A stretch of DNA of 64,000 nt from NCBI GenBank assembly GCA_009103225.1, contig RHPI01000461.1, forward strand, positions 8,800 through 72,799, written 5' to 3'. Numbering within the stretch: position 1 is the stretch's first letter; every line of letters starts with the position of its first letter. This document shows positions 9,808 to 24,294 of the stretch, in pieces. The translations under genes and the position numbers were made by a program. Origin of the DNA: Chlorokybus atmophyticus. Lineage: Eukaryota; Plantae; Mesostigma and Chlorokybus algae. The notes below the pieces were generated by a model. That model had not been told where the DNA came from. It did not search any database and was given only the letters and a program-made list of their open reading frames with translations.

Positions 9808-11902
9808 GTGCGCCGAGTGTTGAAGCAGAGGCAGAGTGTGGCTTTGCTGAAAGAAAAGCTCGCGGCCGCAGAAAGAGAAGAGTCCTCGAAGAATGCTGTC
9901 TTGCAGGAGATGGAAAGAGCTGAGGCTCCACAACACCAACCTACAGCAGCAAGTGGACTCCTGGCAAGAGTTGTTGCACATCGACCCGGGCGTGACCGTT
10001 GCCGCGGACGTGCCGAGAGTGCTTGGCGAGCTGCAGAAGGAGGCCATGCTGGCCTCATCCAAATAAGTGAGTGGTGATGAGTGTGTTTTGTGATGTTGAG
10101 TCAATGACGGTGTGATATATGATAGGGTGAGGCAGTGGCTTGCGTGGCAGCTTTGGAGAGTTCACTCGCGGCAGCTGAGCGATCACTCAAGGCTGCACAG
10201 AGCCAAACCAATGACAAGCAGGCTGAGCTGAATACAAACCACAGCCATATCCGCAGGCTGGAGCTCAAAGTAAGGCCAACTTGTGGAAGGCGTTTGCAAG
10301 CGCTCCAACACATCAACTTCGTCGGTCAAAGTTTGCAAGCAACCACTTGCACTCCATGCACCGATCACTCACACAGTATTGGACATTAAAGCGGCCCACT
10401 CATCAATCAGCTACTGTGGTATCGAGCCATGCATGCATGCGCGCACACACACGCACACACGCCAGCCAGACAATCTTATGCTTGCTCACTCTCTCTGCCA
10501 GGTTCAAGTGCTTCAGACGAGCGCGACGGGTTGAGGCAACTTCTGGACACATACGATGCAGAAGAGCGGTTGCGCGGCGGCGATAACGGAGCGCAGGTTC
10601 CCCTAACATATGCTTCTCCCGCAATCGACAAAGCGAACCGGGAGGGTGGCCAGACTGGAAGAGGCACTCGCAGCAGCAGAGAAGGCTGCCAGAGATACTG
10701 AGGTGCGCATGCGTGGGTATGTGTGGGTATGTGTGGGTTGATATGTGTGCATGTGGGTATGCGTGTGTGCGCACGTCAACACGCGTATCCGATGTTGTGT
10801 CGTGCCTGTGTACATATGGTGGTGAGCGCTGTGGGAAGGCATGAGGTTGGATACATTGTTTGCAGGTGAGTCTCCGGGTGTTGAGACCATTGCAGCTGAT
10901 CGTAAGCGCAAGTGCGACGGGGTCAGAAGGCAGCTTGAAGACGTGCTCGCTGCCAACACGCCTGGAGAAAGAGGTCACAAGCCTTGGCAAGCAGGTCTGT
11001 TGCATCACCAACCAAAGCACTAGCTTTTAGATTTTATTAGCAACCCAATGAAGCAATACTGATGTATGTTGCAGGTTGCGCTGCTGGAGTCCCGTGTTGG
11101 GAGGGGCAATCATAACCCCGGGACCACCAAAGTCCTGCAATTGTCCAGAAACCCGGACAAAGACACCGCTGCGCAAAGCGAGTTGGAACAGCTTCGCGCG
11201 AGGTATGTTGTGCGCTGAAGCACTACACACTCAACGGGGGATAGTTACCTGCCAACGGCGTGTGGCATGAACACCGCCTGTCGTGCAACTGAGAGTACCA
11301 ACAATGAGTCCCTGCATGCAGAGTGCAGCAGCTTGAAGCACAATTGGCAGGGACAGGCGAGTCGGGTGCGGGTGGCTCAGCAGCAGGTAGTTGTATGCAT
11401 GTTGTATAGTGCAGTGTCATTTATTTTGCCAACACACATGTAGAGCCATGGAAGCAGCAACATTGTGCTTTGCTTGGCCTTAGCAGGGCTGCAGAAGCGT
11501 GTGGACGAGCTGGAGAAGAAGGTGAAGGACATTGACAAGCAGAAGGCGCGGTACATGCAGGTGTTCAGTGACAAGATCACGAGCTTCCGGGAGGCGTGCT
11601 GCCTCTTGTTCGGCTACACCATGGAGATGGGTGACAGGGTGGTTATGCGGGGCAACGTTGGCGGCGGAGGAGGCGCATTCGTCAACACGTTCACTCTTTG
11701 CTCAATATCTGCCGAGGGCTCGCATGAGACCCTTTCGTATCAAGGGTCACCTGGCAAGGCGCTCGAGTTTGTGCCAACGGACTACTCCCAACGGCCTGAA
11801 GTCATGCGCCAGGTGGCCACATTCATCAACCGGTGCAACTCCATACCCGCCTTCACCGCCAACCTTACGGTCGAGCTGTTCAGCAAGTACACCATCAGCT
11901 AG
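9808..11902 (+). CDS. MAD1: Mitotic spindle checkpoint protein MAD1 (multi-exon; 5' end unresolved)
   Basis: Coiled-coil exons, LESRVGRGNHNPGTTKVLQLSRNP (MAD2-binding region, about 11075-11160) and C-terminal KARYMQVFSDKITSFREACCLLFGY...IPAFTANLTVELFSK typical of MAD1. Confidence 0.85.
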
Positions 11903-13382
11903 CCGGCCCCCCATTGTGCGGGTTGTATGTAACATGTGTGTATCAAGCACTAACTGTGTGTAGTTTTGTTGCGCACGTGCGTATGTCAAACTGCCCTCTT
12001 GCAAGCCAGTTGCACAGTTCGTTGCCCTCGAATGCGAATGCCTTACTGACCTCTACATGCCTTCCTGGGCGCTGTGTGAATCAGATGTTGGCCATCATAG
12101 ACTTACCAGGCAATGCTGCTGCGGTGTTACGAGGATGAGAATGCACAAGCTTGCATGCTGTGCTTGCGCTGCAGGTCAAGCCCGCTGGTCACACCTCTGC
12201 CTTGCCTCTGCCCAGCACGCACTTGCATTCGCATGCATACAGCAGCCCCGGTAGGCTAGGTGGTACAGTTTGTGTACAAGCGGTAGTTTGTGTTGCTAAG
12301 CATTGTGTGCCATTTGTATATCCTAAGCATATGGGTGGCCCAAGCCCTTGCGTGGCAGCCCCGATAGGCTGGATGGTAGAGTTGTTTGTGCTGTGAGAAT
12401 TTGTGCACAAGTGACAGTTTGTGTTGCTGAACATCGTTATACATCGATATACAAATTCATTGGCACATGATTATCAGGTACAGTACAGTATATACTCAGC
12501 CCATATGACATCATGTGATATTGAGTGTGTATACCCTAAGCACATGGGTTGGCCCAAGCCCTTGCGTCATCCCGTATCATGTGGCTATTGAAGGGCTGTT
12601 AAAGCTTCGCAAGGCTTGCGGGTGTAAAAGTAATGGGGTCGTTGCCCCATTGCCGTGTGCCACAAGTTGTCGTCACAGTGTTTTTTCTTTGTCAACAGCT
12701 ATTGCACTGTAACCAACATCACGTTTAAGATGCAATAAAGGGGCCACTGATATGCAAGCAGCTGTCAGTAGTCAGCATTATACAAACAAACAAACACTAT
12801 GCAAGACAACACAAATAAAAACAACATTTCAATAAGCTACATATATATACATATATGTTTATACTAGGCTATCAAGGCTAATCTTATGCGCATGCCCTAC
12901 ATGACTGACAATCAAGTAGGGCGGACACGACCAACAGACGCAAACGACAACACCGCCCAATCGCACATACGGCTTATATTCCGGGCCCTTCTGTTTCACT
13001 CTATACGGCGTTAATGCCACTGGAGAGCATAGCAGAGGAGGTGTGCACACTCAATCGCTTTCAGGTAAGCGCAACGAAGGTGAGGGTGTTAATGTGGCTA
13101 CAATAATTGTGAAGTTATGTCGACGCATGTAGCTCAATGTACAGGTTCAATGTGAATGTCTCGTTAAGTAATTGTCATATTACACACATAAGCAAGCGCG
13201 TGCATGCGCGTACACATGTTATTCTGCTTATGTGGTTGAAGTAGTTGAGTTAACTCAACCACTGCGATAGTTATTGCATGTGTAAGTGCTTGCGGCTATT
13301 GATGATGTGTTATGTTTGCTTGTACTCCGGGCCCATCTATTTTACCATGTGCACGCACGCTTGCACAGATGGAGCCTTACGG

Positions 13383-13602
13383 CCAGATGGAACATTGCAC
13401 AATGCAATGCGCCAAGACTTGCACACGCATACTCATGTAGGTCCACGACAACAGCCATAAAATGAATAGCACGCTACTAATATCATTAGGGCTAGGCCCC
13501 CTTATCATAAAGGGCCTAGGTTAGCTACACGTTGAATGCATTTCTACATAATTGACAGAAACGCCCTCAACTCTGCCAGCTGCACTACATCACTGTACCG
13601 TG
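13383..13602. repeat. 220-bp segment identical by eye to 7486-7705
   Basis: Direct sequence comparison. Confidence 0.9.
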
Positions 13603-14894
13603 GAGACGTCCTCTATAGGAATACTAGCACCAATTTGCAGCCAGAGGAAGCTATTCAGTGCAGCACTGTCCACGCTGTACGCGCTGTATCCAAATCGCCG
13701 CCCTCGTAGCCTAGCTTCAGCTCGGAGTTTCATGCATGATGAGGCCATCATTGTGGTCGAGGAAAAATCACGCCTATCAAAGCTGGCCATTCGAGGTCCG
13801 GCGTGGGCCGAAGCGAAGAAATTTGCGCAGGGGCCTGATGCGAAACCTGTGCTGGTTCCGAAAAGCGTGAGCGTGAGCACAGCTGCGGTACATTGGCGTA
13901 CTGCACTGGGGGCTAGGTAGTGGTCATTAGGCCAGCGGGAGGCTGGACTTGGTGGCGGCGGCGGTGGCGGTGTTGACGGTTTGGTGGTCGCTGGCAGCTG
14001 ACGTTGATTGGGGTGTGATAGCTGAATCGTTTTGACCTGACGGTGAGCCGTCTGGCAGTCGTTGCTGTGTGCTTGGAGTGTCGCGTTGTTGGTAAGCAGC
14101 TGTGTGAGTGCGTACGGGCTGCTGGCTCGGAGACGTGCGTGCACTGGGCTTGTAAACATGCATTAGACGAAGTGCGCATGCTTGTGGCAGTTGCATGGTC
14201 GGCATGCTGCTCAATGGCCCCAAGTCGCATGCAAACACCAGCCTCCGACTGACCTGCTGTCATTGTCGCTTACGCCTGAGTGTGTTTGGTGTTAAGTTAC
14301 TGCATGCACACCTCTGCATGAGCAGCCCAGACGTCAAGTGCAGCGGTGTACGCCAAGGCAACACACTCATTGCTTCGGCCTGCGCGGCTTTAGCCAGTGA
14401 CAGCATGAGTGCACCGGGACTTAGGTTGTCACGGCTGAAGTTGTGCAGGTTGATTTCTGTGTGGTTGCAATGCAGACCGAGTCTGTCAATGTGTTGACGG
14501 CATGCAAATCAGCTAGTAGGCATGTGTGTTGGAACCGCCGTCTGGTGACAGAGCCACTGGATGCAGGCCTGCACATGTAGATACGCTAGGATCCCTGGCA
14601 GTTCGTGCTGTACGCTGACTATGGTAGCTGTGCACGTCACCTGATTGTCCCTTAGCTTGTACTTGTGAGCAAGTAGTTGCAGAAGGTGGGTTTGAAGCCT
14701 CAGAGTCTGGTGTCTTTTCACGTCGGCTCTGGAAGCTGTAGCAGACACGCGGTGCATAGGTTGACACCGTCTGGCAGCGGCTGCATTGTGTATGTGTGCT
14801 GACAGCCTAATGGCGGCAACAGCCCGTATGCCAAGTTCACTTTGTATGCTTCATCAAAGTAGTCACTCATGATGTCTTCGTGCTGCAGGCAACC

Positions 14895-16349
14895 ATGTCA
14901 CGCTTGTCAGTGGTGCTTCTTTGCACCTGCTTGCTTGCAGCAGTCTCTGCAGCTTGCGCCCAGATAGCATTCTTTGCGCCTCCGCCTCCGCCTCCACCTG
15001 ATGAGCTGGTGTCTGACATTAGCCGGTAACTGTCTCGTGCAACCAGCAGGTTTGTTGTAGCTGCATGCATGCATGCAGCTACACTGACGCAGCTTGTCTC
15101 CTCCAGTCTTCTGATTGAACTTGACCAGCCTTCCAAAGAGGCTGCTGTCAGCCTATTGGAGGCTGAACAGTGGCCTGCAAACAGTTACAGCCTTGCATAC
15201 GACCCAACAACTGGCTTCGCAGGTGAACTTAGCTACCTCAGCTTGTCGCTGCCAGCCTGCCATTGCATGCTGTGAACGCTTCAGCTGATTGCTTCTTCAT
15301 GTTGTTCTCCTACAGTGAACGCACTCTTCGCCCCGTACAAAGACGGAACTGCCATCTCTACTGTTGCTATTCGCCTTAATGTTGACGCACCATGGATTGT
15401 GGTGGCCTCTGAGCTGGATGCTCTGCGAACTGGCGGCAAGGAAGGCGTTGTTATGATCGGTGAGACAGTGACTTCTCCGCGTGAAGAAGGCGTGTCTATT
15501 ATGGCATGGGATGGAGTGTTTCTGGCTTGGTCTTACCAGGTACCAATCAAGCAGCCCCTGTCTTCTCATGCAGTGTTTTTGACTCAGTTTGGTGGTGCTT
15601 ATGATGCTGGCTGGCAGGGTGCAATTGTGAATGGACCAACTGTTAGCATCCAGAAGGGCGACCTTGAGCTTCGCGTGCGCTATGGCAGTCGCATTGCTCT
15701 CCGACAGACTGCTGGCACTGTGTCTACGGGTGCTTTGAACCTTCTCACCAGTGAGTGCAGCTACCCTACTTTGCAGCGCTCCCAGCGCATTGGCTGGCTT
15801 GCTCATTGCTCATTCGTATTGTGCAGGCGGTGCATCTCTTACTGCAGCGCATGTGGACGGCGATCTCGTGCTTCGCAAGGTGTCTGCAATTGGTCAGGTG
15901 GAGGACTTGGGCACACCATCAGACTTTGGTATGTAGCGTTGTTTCCCCTTTTCAATGCTGCCAAGAGATGTGCGCATACCTGCCATTGCTAAATGCTGCT
16001 TGTTGCCAACGCAGAGATCAGCAACCTGTTTGATGTGGACACCCCACAAGCAAGGCTGCAGAAGCCAACAGCACAGGCCGCAGCTGCTGCTTCTTCTGAC
16101 TTGACTGACGAGGGTGTCCATGATGTTGAGGTGGCTGTTAGTACTGCTGCAGCAGCTGCTGCTGAAGAGATGGCAACTTCAGTCGACGAGCTGGCGGATG
16201 ACCTCAAATCCATGGAGGCCAACATCCGGAAACGTGTGAAGAAGATGTTGGATGATGTTGTGGAGACCACAGTGCAAACTTCCCTGCAGTCCGCGGCTAC
16301 TCGCCTTCGTGGCTCGCCCAACCCGAAGAGTGAGGTGGAGCGCCAGTAA
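14895..16349 (+). CDS. Secreted or signal-peptide protein of unknown function
   Basis: MSRLSVVLLCTCLLAAVSAACAQ signal-like start and poly-Pro, then exons covered by ORFs 15069, 15315, 15751 and 15993 with GT-AG boundaries; acidic/helical C-terminus ending SEVERQ*. Confidence 0.65.
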
Positions 16350-17313
16350 CCAAGCATGCCTGTCATCGAGTTGTGTCTAGTAAATTGTAGTTGTCTGATA
16401 ATTCTCCTAGCATCCATTGCATATCAACTATCTCCGCCCAGTCACCTAGTGATGACGAGCTACGCTGTGCAAAGTGAGATGACTGAAGATGTTGGCGTAT
16501 AACCCGCACTTTAATCGTAGATAATGCTGACTACTCTGCTGATTAGTCGGCATAGTTGGTGGTGTTGATGTGCTTGTTCGCTGCTCGTATAGCCTAACAC
16601 TTTGGAACTTTTCCGTTACATAATAAGCCATGTTTGTGATGATAAGTTTCTGGCTGCGCTCCAAATATTGTGAGATAAATAAATGATCTGCGAAGGTCTT
16701 CTTGTGCATTTCCATGGAGTATTCAGTGGTCGATGTCCAATCCTAGCGGACGCAAGTCACTTTATTTGGCAGCTGGTTGACATTTTTTTGTCACCGTTGT
16801 GCACCATGGATGGCATGCATTTTGTATGTTAACATTGCACGCACATTCTGGTGATCAGTAATTGTTGCGCAGCTTGAGGTAAGATTTCTCACATATCACT
16901 TCGACATGCAGTATGCGATGGGCAAATAGAGGTGTTGAAATGTAGGCAAACAACATGTTTATGCACGAGAGATTGGGCAATATTTACCGTGATTATTGGT
17001 GACCTTACGGACACACGCATGTGTTTAATTATATGTACGAACACTTCAACCACTAAAACTTAACTGGGCTGATTGAATTCTTTACAAGTTACTATTGCAA
17101 TGATAACATGGGAGATGACAAAGCCTTTGATATTTTGCCGTGCACTTGACAAAAGCGTAAGCGATGTACATTAGAGAATATAAATTGTTTGGTCCAAATG
17201 TGTGCATTACGTGTGCACATATGTGTGCATAACTTGCAAGTCATGTAAAATACGTGCCGCAACGCAAATTCATCCTAAACACAGAACCCACGAGTTCAAG
17301 CGGCTTGAACACA

Positions 17314-17498
<185 letters not shown>

Positions 17499-19006
17499 AC
17501 AACGTGAACGAAAAACGTGTTACGCGTTTTGGCCTATCACGAGCCATTATGAAAAGTTGTTGCTTACACTCAACTTGTTTAGTTTTGTTGGGCTACATGA
17601 CCACATCCACAAGAAACAAGCAAATAGTCGTATATTCCAAAGATGTAAGTGATATGCATAATATTGATGTTGCGCTTTATTTATAGGTTTAATTGTTATA
17701 TCACATGTCATCACAAGTTATAGATGCATGTATAGGCTTTCCGGAGATGCAAGTGTGCTCACACGGGCATAGCGATACAACTGATGGGGCCAGGCAGCAA
17801 GTAGGATCACATAGCAAGCCACAGCAATCAGCAAGCCAAGCCCACAATTATGCACAGCAGCAATGGTAGAACACCAGCGATTACAACCACACACGTCTCA
17901 GCCTCACAGCGCAGGCCTAGGACAGGCGCGCTCAGCTCAGTATGTGATACACTCAATGTCTACTCCTTCCCACCAGCAGTTGGGCATGCAAGGCAACCAA
18001 CCACAAACGCGCGCACACACACATACACACACAAGCATTAGCACAGCATTATTAAAGCATTGGCAAGGGCGTGGTAGACTATGTGCTTGTAGCTAAGTGC
18101 ATGAGCGGGGTGAGATGTATGAAATATGCATTGCATCGTATGCCATTTGACACGTATATGTTCTCATAGGTGTGCATTCACATAAAGACCGACCTGGCAA
18201 ATAATGGACAAATAACTCTCATGCATGCATGCTGTAGGGAAATGCATATGCGTTATTTTCAGGCAGTTTTCAGTGCAATAATGAGGAAAAACATGCGGGG
18301 CGGCCAAATAAGCATGATGATGGTATCATTAAGAATCAGAGTTGTAATTCGCACATATTAATCTGACTTATCATTACGCCAATCTTTAAGCCCCGACCTT
18401 CACATTTACTCCGTATTTTGATTCTTATATGTCCTCGAACCGGCTTTTGGTCTTCATATGTTAATTGCTGTTAACAACTTGATAACAAGCTGACATGTAA
18501 CATCATACTTCCCCAACCCCAAGTCTCATATTATACATATATATGAATCATATCTGTATTGCACATACCGCAGTAACACATACATTGCGATCTTAAAATG
18601 ACTTAATTTGTAATTTTAATAGGGTTTTACATCGTGAACGTCAATATAATCAATCCATTGACTTTTATAGTCATAATAGCAAGGTAGGTTGCACTGAAAC
18701 AGAAGTCGCAGAATTGAGTGTAGGTTGTCATGTATGTGTCACTACGGTAATACGTTTGTGAAAGAACTTCCAACTTGTCAGGTACAATCTTGTATACCTT
18801 GGTAATACTACCCCTTCATTACCACCGCAATTGCCGATTACGTAGGGTACAAAGGGTGTAATTCAAGTCGACACTGGCCGTACGGGTCTCGCGATCCATG
18901 TACGGCACCAAACACAAGCAAAGCAGCCTGTGATTGCACACCTAATGCTTGCCTCGTGTGACACATAAGCAAACTGAAGGCTCCAATTGCGCCACGTGGT
19001 GGCAAC

Positions 19007-20323
19007 ATGGCGGCGGGGGCGGCGGCGGGATTGGCGGTGTCCGGCTGCTCGTTGCCGTCAGCGTTGCTGTCATCGTCTCCGTCACCTCGCATCAGGCGGC
19101 ATGGTTGCACGGGATCGTCCTCTCGGAGGACGGGTAGCAGCAGCACCAGCAGCAGCAGCAGCACTGGCTTGAGGCTGGTCGGCTCCACCCGCCTCCATGT
19201 TCGCCAGCGACACCGCCGCCGCCGCCACTCTCATGGCTTTGTCGTCTCCCCTGTGTGTGGAGACATTGCTGGAGAATACGGCGACACCTTTGCGGACGTC
19301 GACAAGGTCAGTGAGCTTGCCCATGCACGCCACGGTTTGTGACTGCGAGTTACTGGTTGTGTTTTTGTGCAAATCAGTGTGTTACAAAGTTGTCGTAGCG
19401 ACTACGCTGTGGTTGTCATTCCAGTCTGCTACTTGCTGCTTGCTGCTTGCGTGTTCGCGTTGGTTGCGATAAGCACTCAACTGGGATTGGCGTACTCGTA
19501 CTCAGAATCGGGCTGCTAAACGCATTGCTTGAGCTGTGTACGCTCTTGCTTGTGGCCTGTCCACTGATTGTCTCTCTCACTGCTGTCAACAGACTCTGGT
19601 AGACTACTTCACATTCAAGGCTCTCAAGACGGTGCTGAGCCAGCTGTCTGAAACCGACCCTCCGAAATATATGTAGGGTGGTCAACCTATCAGTTCTCCA
19701 GTACAATAAACAGTTTACAGTGCACAGTTTTGAGGCAGAGAGAGGTACATATTCACATATGCATGCAAACAACAGGTGGCTGTATCAGTTCAGCGCGAGC
19801 AATAAGCCACATGACTCCAAGTACTTCCTGAGACAAGTCATCCAGGTAACAGCAGATGCAGCTATTGCCCATTTCGCTTTTCTGGCTGATTATGGGCGCA
19901 TGTCTATGATAAAAGCTCCGCAAAATAAACAGTCGTTTCAATTGCCACTTGCAGGAGCAGCAGGAGTTGGGAGAGCGAATAATGGTCACCCGACTTAACT
20001 TATACGACAAGTGGATTGTGGTAAGTACCAACGCGCGCTCTCGCGCACGCAAACATGCTCATGAGTGAGCATGCGCACACACGCGCGCGCGCATGCGCGC
20101 ATATCCACCAACTCTTTCACAAAACTGTGCTGCACCAAGTTGTGCGTAATGAGCTCTCTTGCAGGCGCACGATTATCTAGACACGAGGCAGAGGTTGCAA
20201 GACAGTAACTTGGAGATATTGCGTGAGCGGTTGACGCAGACCATCGCATTCATGCCAGATGACGTGGCAGTGGATGCTTCCTCTAACAAAAAGCAGCCAC
20301 CGTCAGCGTCATCAGACGCTTGA
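19007..20323 (+). CDS. RBCX: Rubisco assembly chaperone RbcX (plant/algal RbcX-II type) with Ser/Arg-rich plastid transit peptide
   Basis: Spliced exons: IAGEYGDTFADVDK / TLVDYFTFKALKTVLSQLSETDPP / WLYQFSASNKPHDSKYFLRQVIQ / EQQELGERIMVTRLNLYDKWIV / AHDYLDTRQRLQDSNLEILRERLTQTIAFMPDD, colinear with plant RbcX2. Confidence 0.9.
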
Positions 20324-21073
20324 TTCAGGTGTTGTTGTATTCTGATGTCGACGTGTGATTGACGAATAAGCGACACCCGCAGTCCATTCGTGATACACAC
20401 ACGTGTCAAGTTGATATGCAGTAGTGTACAGACAGTAGCAGTAGTGTGTACAAAAACTATTTGTATGTCCATACTACGAGCTGGTTGATATACTTGGCAG
20501 AAACAGTTGTTGAACATATGCTGGCGCTGCGGACGCTGTTGTTAAGTTATCTTGTTTACCCTGGTCTGTTGTTTTGCAGCCAACCGGTGTGCATGGGTAC
20601 GTCATCACTGTTGGTGTTTTTCCCAGACGACAATATGCTCCTCTGTGCATTGGCTATCTCTCATCAGCAACAACATGTCAGTACAAAGTTGCTGTGTTTG
20701 CATAGGATCACAAGGTAGTACATGTGCGACATTGCAAGTACTTCTGTATGTACATCTGGTTACACATGCATGCGCACGTACACGCACCCGCTTTTGCATG
20801 CGTGCGCGCGCATCTGGTAGTGTACACTCATCCATATTGTCGTTGACCGCAGTCCAACAACCTGAAGACTTGCGCTTAGCAAGAATGAATCCTGCATTGA
20901 TCCCGCGCGTAGTCCTGGGCATAACGAAACTGGCATAAGCACCCACACAAACTACAATAGTACAGCCACACAGCATCCTGCTGCGGCTTCCTGTCTGGTC
21001 AAAACACACTTGAAGTTTTTTGAAGTCATACATAAAGAAATCTCAGTGCCTGACCACAGCAGTGCACTGTGCC

Positions 21074-21102
21074 ATGCTGCGCCTGGGCGCCGCCTGCAGG
21101 AG

Positions 21103-21133
<31 letters not shown>

Positions 21134-23936
21134 GGGGGCGGCGGATTGAGGTGGTGGAGCCATCGGGGACTTGTTGGCAGCAGTGCTGATGCAGGCGGCG
21201 GTAGCGGTGAGGGAAGGAAGACTGCTGCGGAGATCTTTGCACAGCGCATTGCGCAGCTCGGTGAGCAGCCTAGCAGCTAGCTCAGCTTGGCGCAAAGCTT
21301 ACGGCTGCCTTACCTGCTGCATGCTGCCAAGGCAATAGCTAGCTGGCTCAGTGTCTCGCGTTGAAGCTTGAAGATGACAGCTCTCAGCATGTACTCATGC
21401 AGCCATGCATACAGCGCATACAGAACTAGCACGCAAACAAGTTACTTGTACACTTGTTATACATCAGTCTGGGTTTCATGCTGAGCTTGGGCTCAAGCAT
21501 CAAGCTGTAGTTCAGGCTGAACCTGGGGCTGAGGCTGATTCCCACAGTCACACAGGTGCGCCAGCGGTTGTGGCGCAGTCCTGCACGGGCGGCGGGCGGG
21601 GGTTGTACGCCGCGGAGGACTTGCCCGCAAGCAGGCGACTCTTCGCCGAGAAGCCTGTGCTGGCGTACCCTTCTCGTGACCGCCTCCATGAGGTAGAGCT
21701 CACTAGCATGCGTGTGCCTTGGCGAAAACTGGTGCCTGTCTTGGAAACGACACAGCGTCACAGTGCTTGGCCGGCTGTGTTGTCTACACGAATGACAATG
21801 CTTGGACGTCTTGTTTTGCAGCCAATGTATAGCTTAGGTATAATATCATGAGTGCATGGCTTGCTAGATGAAGGCATTTGACAGAGTACAGTCTGAAGCA
21901 GAACTAATTACATGCCTTGCTTGATAGTGAAGTGAGTACTCTCGTTTGTTGCAGGTTTGTTACCATTGCCTCAAGCCTCTGCTGTACTGTCAGTCGCCAA
22001 TGAAGCATGATGATGGTGCTATTGGAGTGCTGTTCTGCAGCAAGGAATGCGTCGCTGAGGTGAGTGTTGGTACCTGTTGCTGCAAGTGGCAGACCAGCAT
22101 GAACAGTGAGTTGAATCCACTTACGCGCTTGTTTCAGGCGCAATACATGCGAGTCGAGGCTGCAACAGACTTGAAGCTGTTTGCAGAGCACTGCAGGTGA
22201 GGTGAGGGCTGCAAGCGTTGTATGCACCGCAGTAATATGTCCATTTGACATCAAAGGACTAACAGCACTGAGACTTGCATTCTACAGTTGGCCAACACGT
22301 TGTTCGCGCATAGCCTGGTGAACTGACATGAAATGCATTGTCATGTGTGCATGCATGTGCGCGTCTATCAACTGTGTGTGTGGAGGTCGTATGTGGTGTG
22401 CGCATACGTGTGTGCAGCCAGCATGTTGCAACAACATATGCTGGCACGGTTGGACACTATATGCGTGCGTGTGCGTGACACCACCAATCTGTAATGTATG
22501 GCTGCTGCGATTGAGCACAAGACAACATGCGTCATTGCTTTCGTGCCTTTTGCAGCTCAGAAGGCTTGAAGTTGCCATGGCTGACGGCGCGCTTCGCTTT
22601 TGCGTGCATGGCCGGCATGCTCGACCCGCAACACTTGAGCCCACTGTCGTATGTGAACATACCAACGCAGGGCTCTGACAAGCCTGCACACCCGCAACAG
22701 GTGATACGTGGCGGCGGTGAGTTACTGTAATGTTGACCAAGCCAAGGTTGTCGTGTAACAAACCCACTTAAGCTGGCGTTTAACAGTGGGTGACTGAGTA
22801 CGAGTTACTGTCAGGCGCCATAGCAGCCACTGGATCAAGACCAGATCAGCACTCATGTAAGCCTGTCTGTTGTGAGAAGAGGACATTTTCATTTGCTTGT
22901 TCAGCGTGTGCGTATATGTATGTGTGTGGGCCTATGCAGGCGCGCGTGTGCATATGGGTGAGCGTATCAGCTCATAATGTGGATCTGTTTTGTCTCAGTT
23001 TTCACACTGGACTGGTACGCATCCGTGATGGCGCGTCTTCATATCAACGTCTTCCGTGTGGATGTGCCCATGCCCGGCGTTCCACACGGTGTCGGCAGCG
23101 CCGCTTATTTGCTGGCCTCCTTGTTCAACCACAGCTGCGGTACGTGCGTTAACTGTGTGGGCAAGTGTCAATGCCTTTGCAACTTGAGTTGGGCAATGCT
23201 TTCTACCTCCAAAGTTTGCTGCATACTCTTGCGTGTGCAAGTTGGTCATGCCTTTTCGCCAAACAATATATGTTGGTGTCAACATATACATGTTGGTATC
23301 CTTACCCTGTTTACACACAATAGCTTGAGACTTCCACAGCATAGCATACGGGCACATTGGTGCATTGGAACCGTCAGCGTTAGCGAAGGCATGCCGACCA
23401 TTATACACCGCTGCCAAGTTCACTGTTTCTCAGATGCTTTGGGTCTCCCGTGTGTCTCGACGATGATTCTGCGTTGAAGTTAACAACCTGGAGTGTACGT
23501 CATCTGTTGGATATGATATGCATCATGTTTCACACTGCAAGCGCGACCAGCCTATGTAGTACTAGTAAGCAGTGTTTCTTACATGCATTTGTCCATGGTA
23601 ATGCAAGTGAGTGGTGGATCAGCACCTAAAGTCTTTCTTGTTGCTGCAGTACCCAACGTTGAGCAGCAGTGGACTGCGACGGCCACGCCCACATTCAATG
23701 CACGATTTGACGTCAAGAAGGGTACACTTGCATCTGTCATCATATGTCCTCTCACCGTCATGCAGGATCTGTTTGTGCATGCGGGGTGTTGTTCATGCTT
23801 ACACGCATGCGTTGCAGGTGAGGAGCTGTGCATCTCATATTGTGATCTGGATTGGCCGGCTGAAGTACGCCAACAGCATCTGTTGTGGGCGTACGGCTTC
23901 AGATGCACTTGCGAGCGATGCCAGACCGGCGACTGA
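21074..23936 (+). CDS. ATXR4: SET/MYND-type lysine methyltransferase, ATXR4-like, with organellar-type N-terminus
   Basis: GRGLYAAEDL...AEKPVLAYPS, VCYHCLKPL...FCSKEC, WYASVMARLHINVFRVD...GSAAYLLASLFNHSC, EELCISYCD...YGFRCTCERC*. The layout matches plant ATXR4/SDG38. Confidence 0.8.
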
Positions 23937-24294
23937 ACAGCATAGTGTCGCTGCCAGTGTTGTTGCGTATGCAACACTTCAAGACTTACCATCCCAACAG
24001 GTGAGCATGGCTATCGTTGACATGTGATGCATGTAGTAGCGTTCGCTGCATGCATGCTGTCTGTGGCTAGAGAGTAACCTTTGACCAAGTGTGTTTATGC
24101 TTGTGTGTGCAGGACAGTTGCCCACACATAGCAGCATACCCTTCTTGTACACTCTTGTGGATAGGCGAGACGAGTGCGAGTATCGCCAGTTTGTATATGT
24201 ACAAAAGGACAATCGGACACTGTGGGAATAGTAGTGCTACTGGGTTTATCACAACACAACTGTTATGTCACGCGAGATTGCTGCCTGATGGTGT

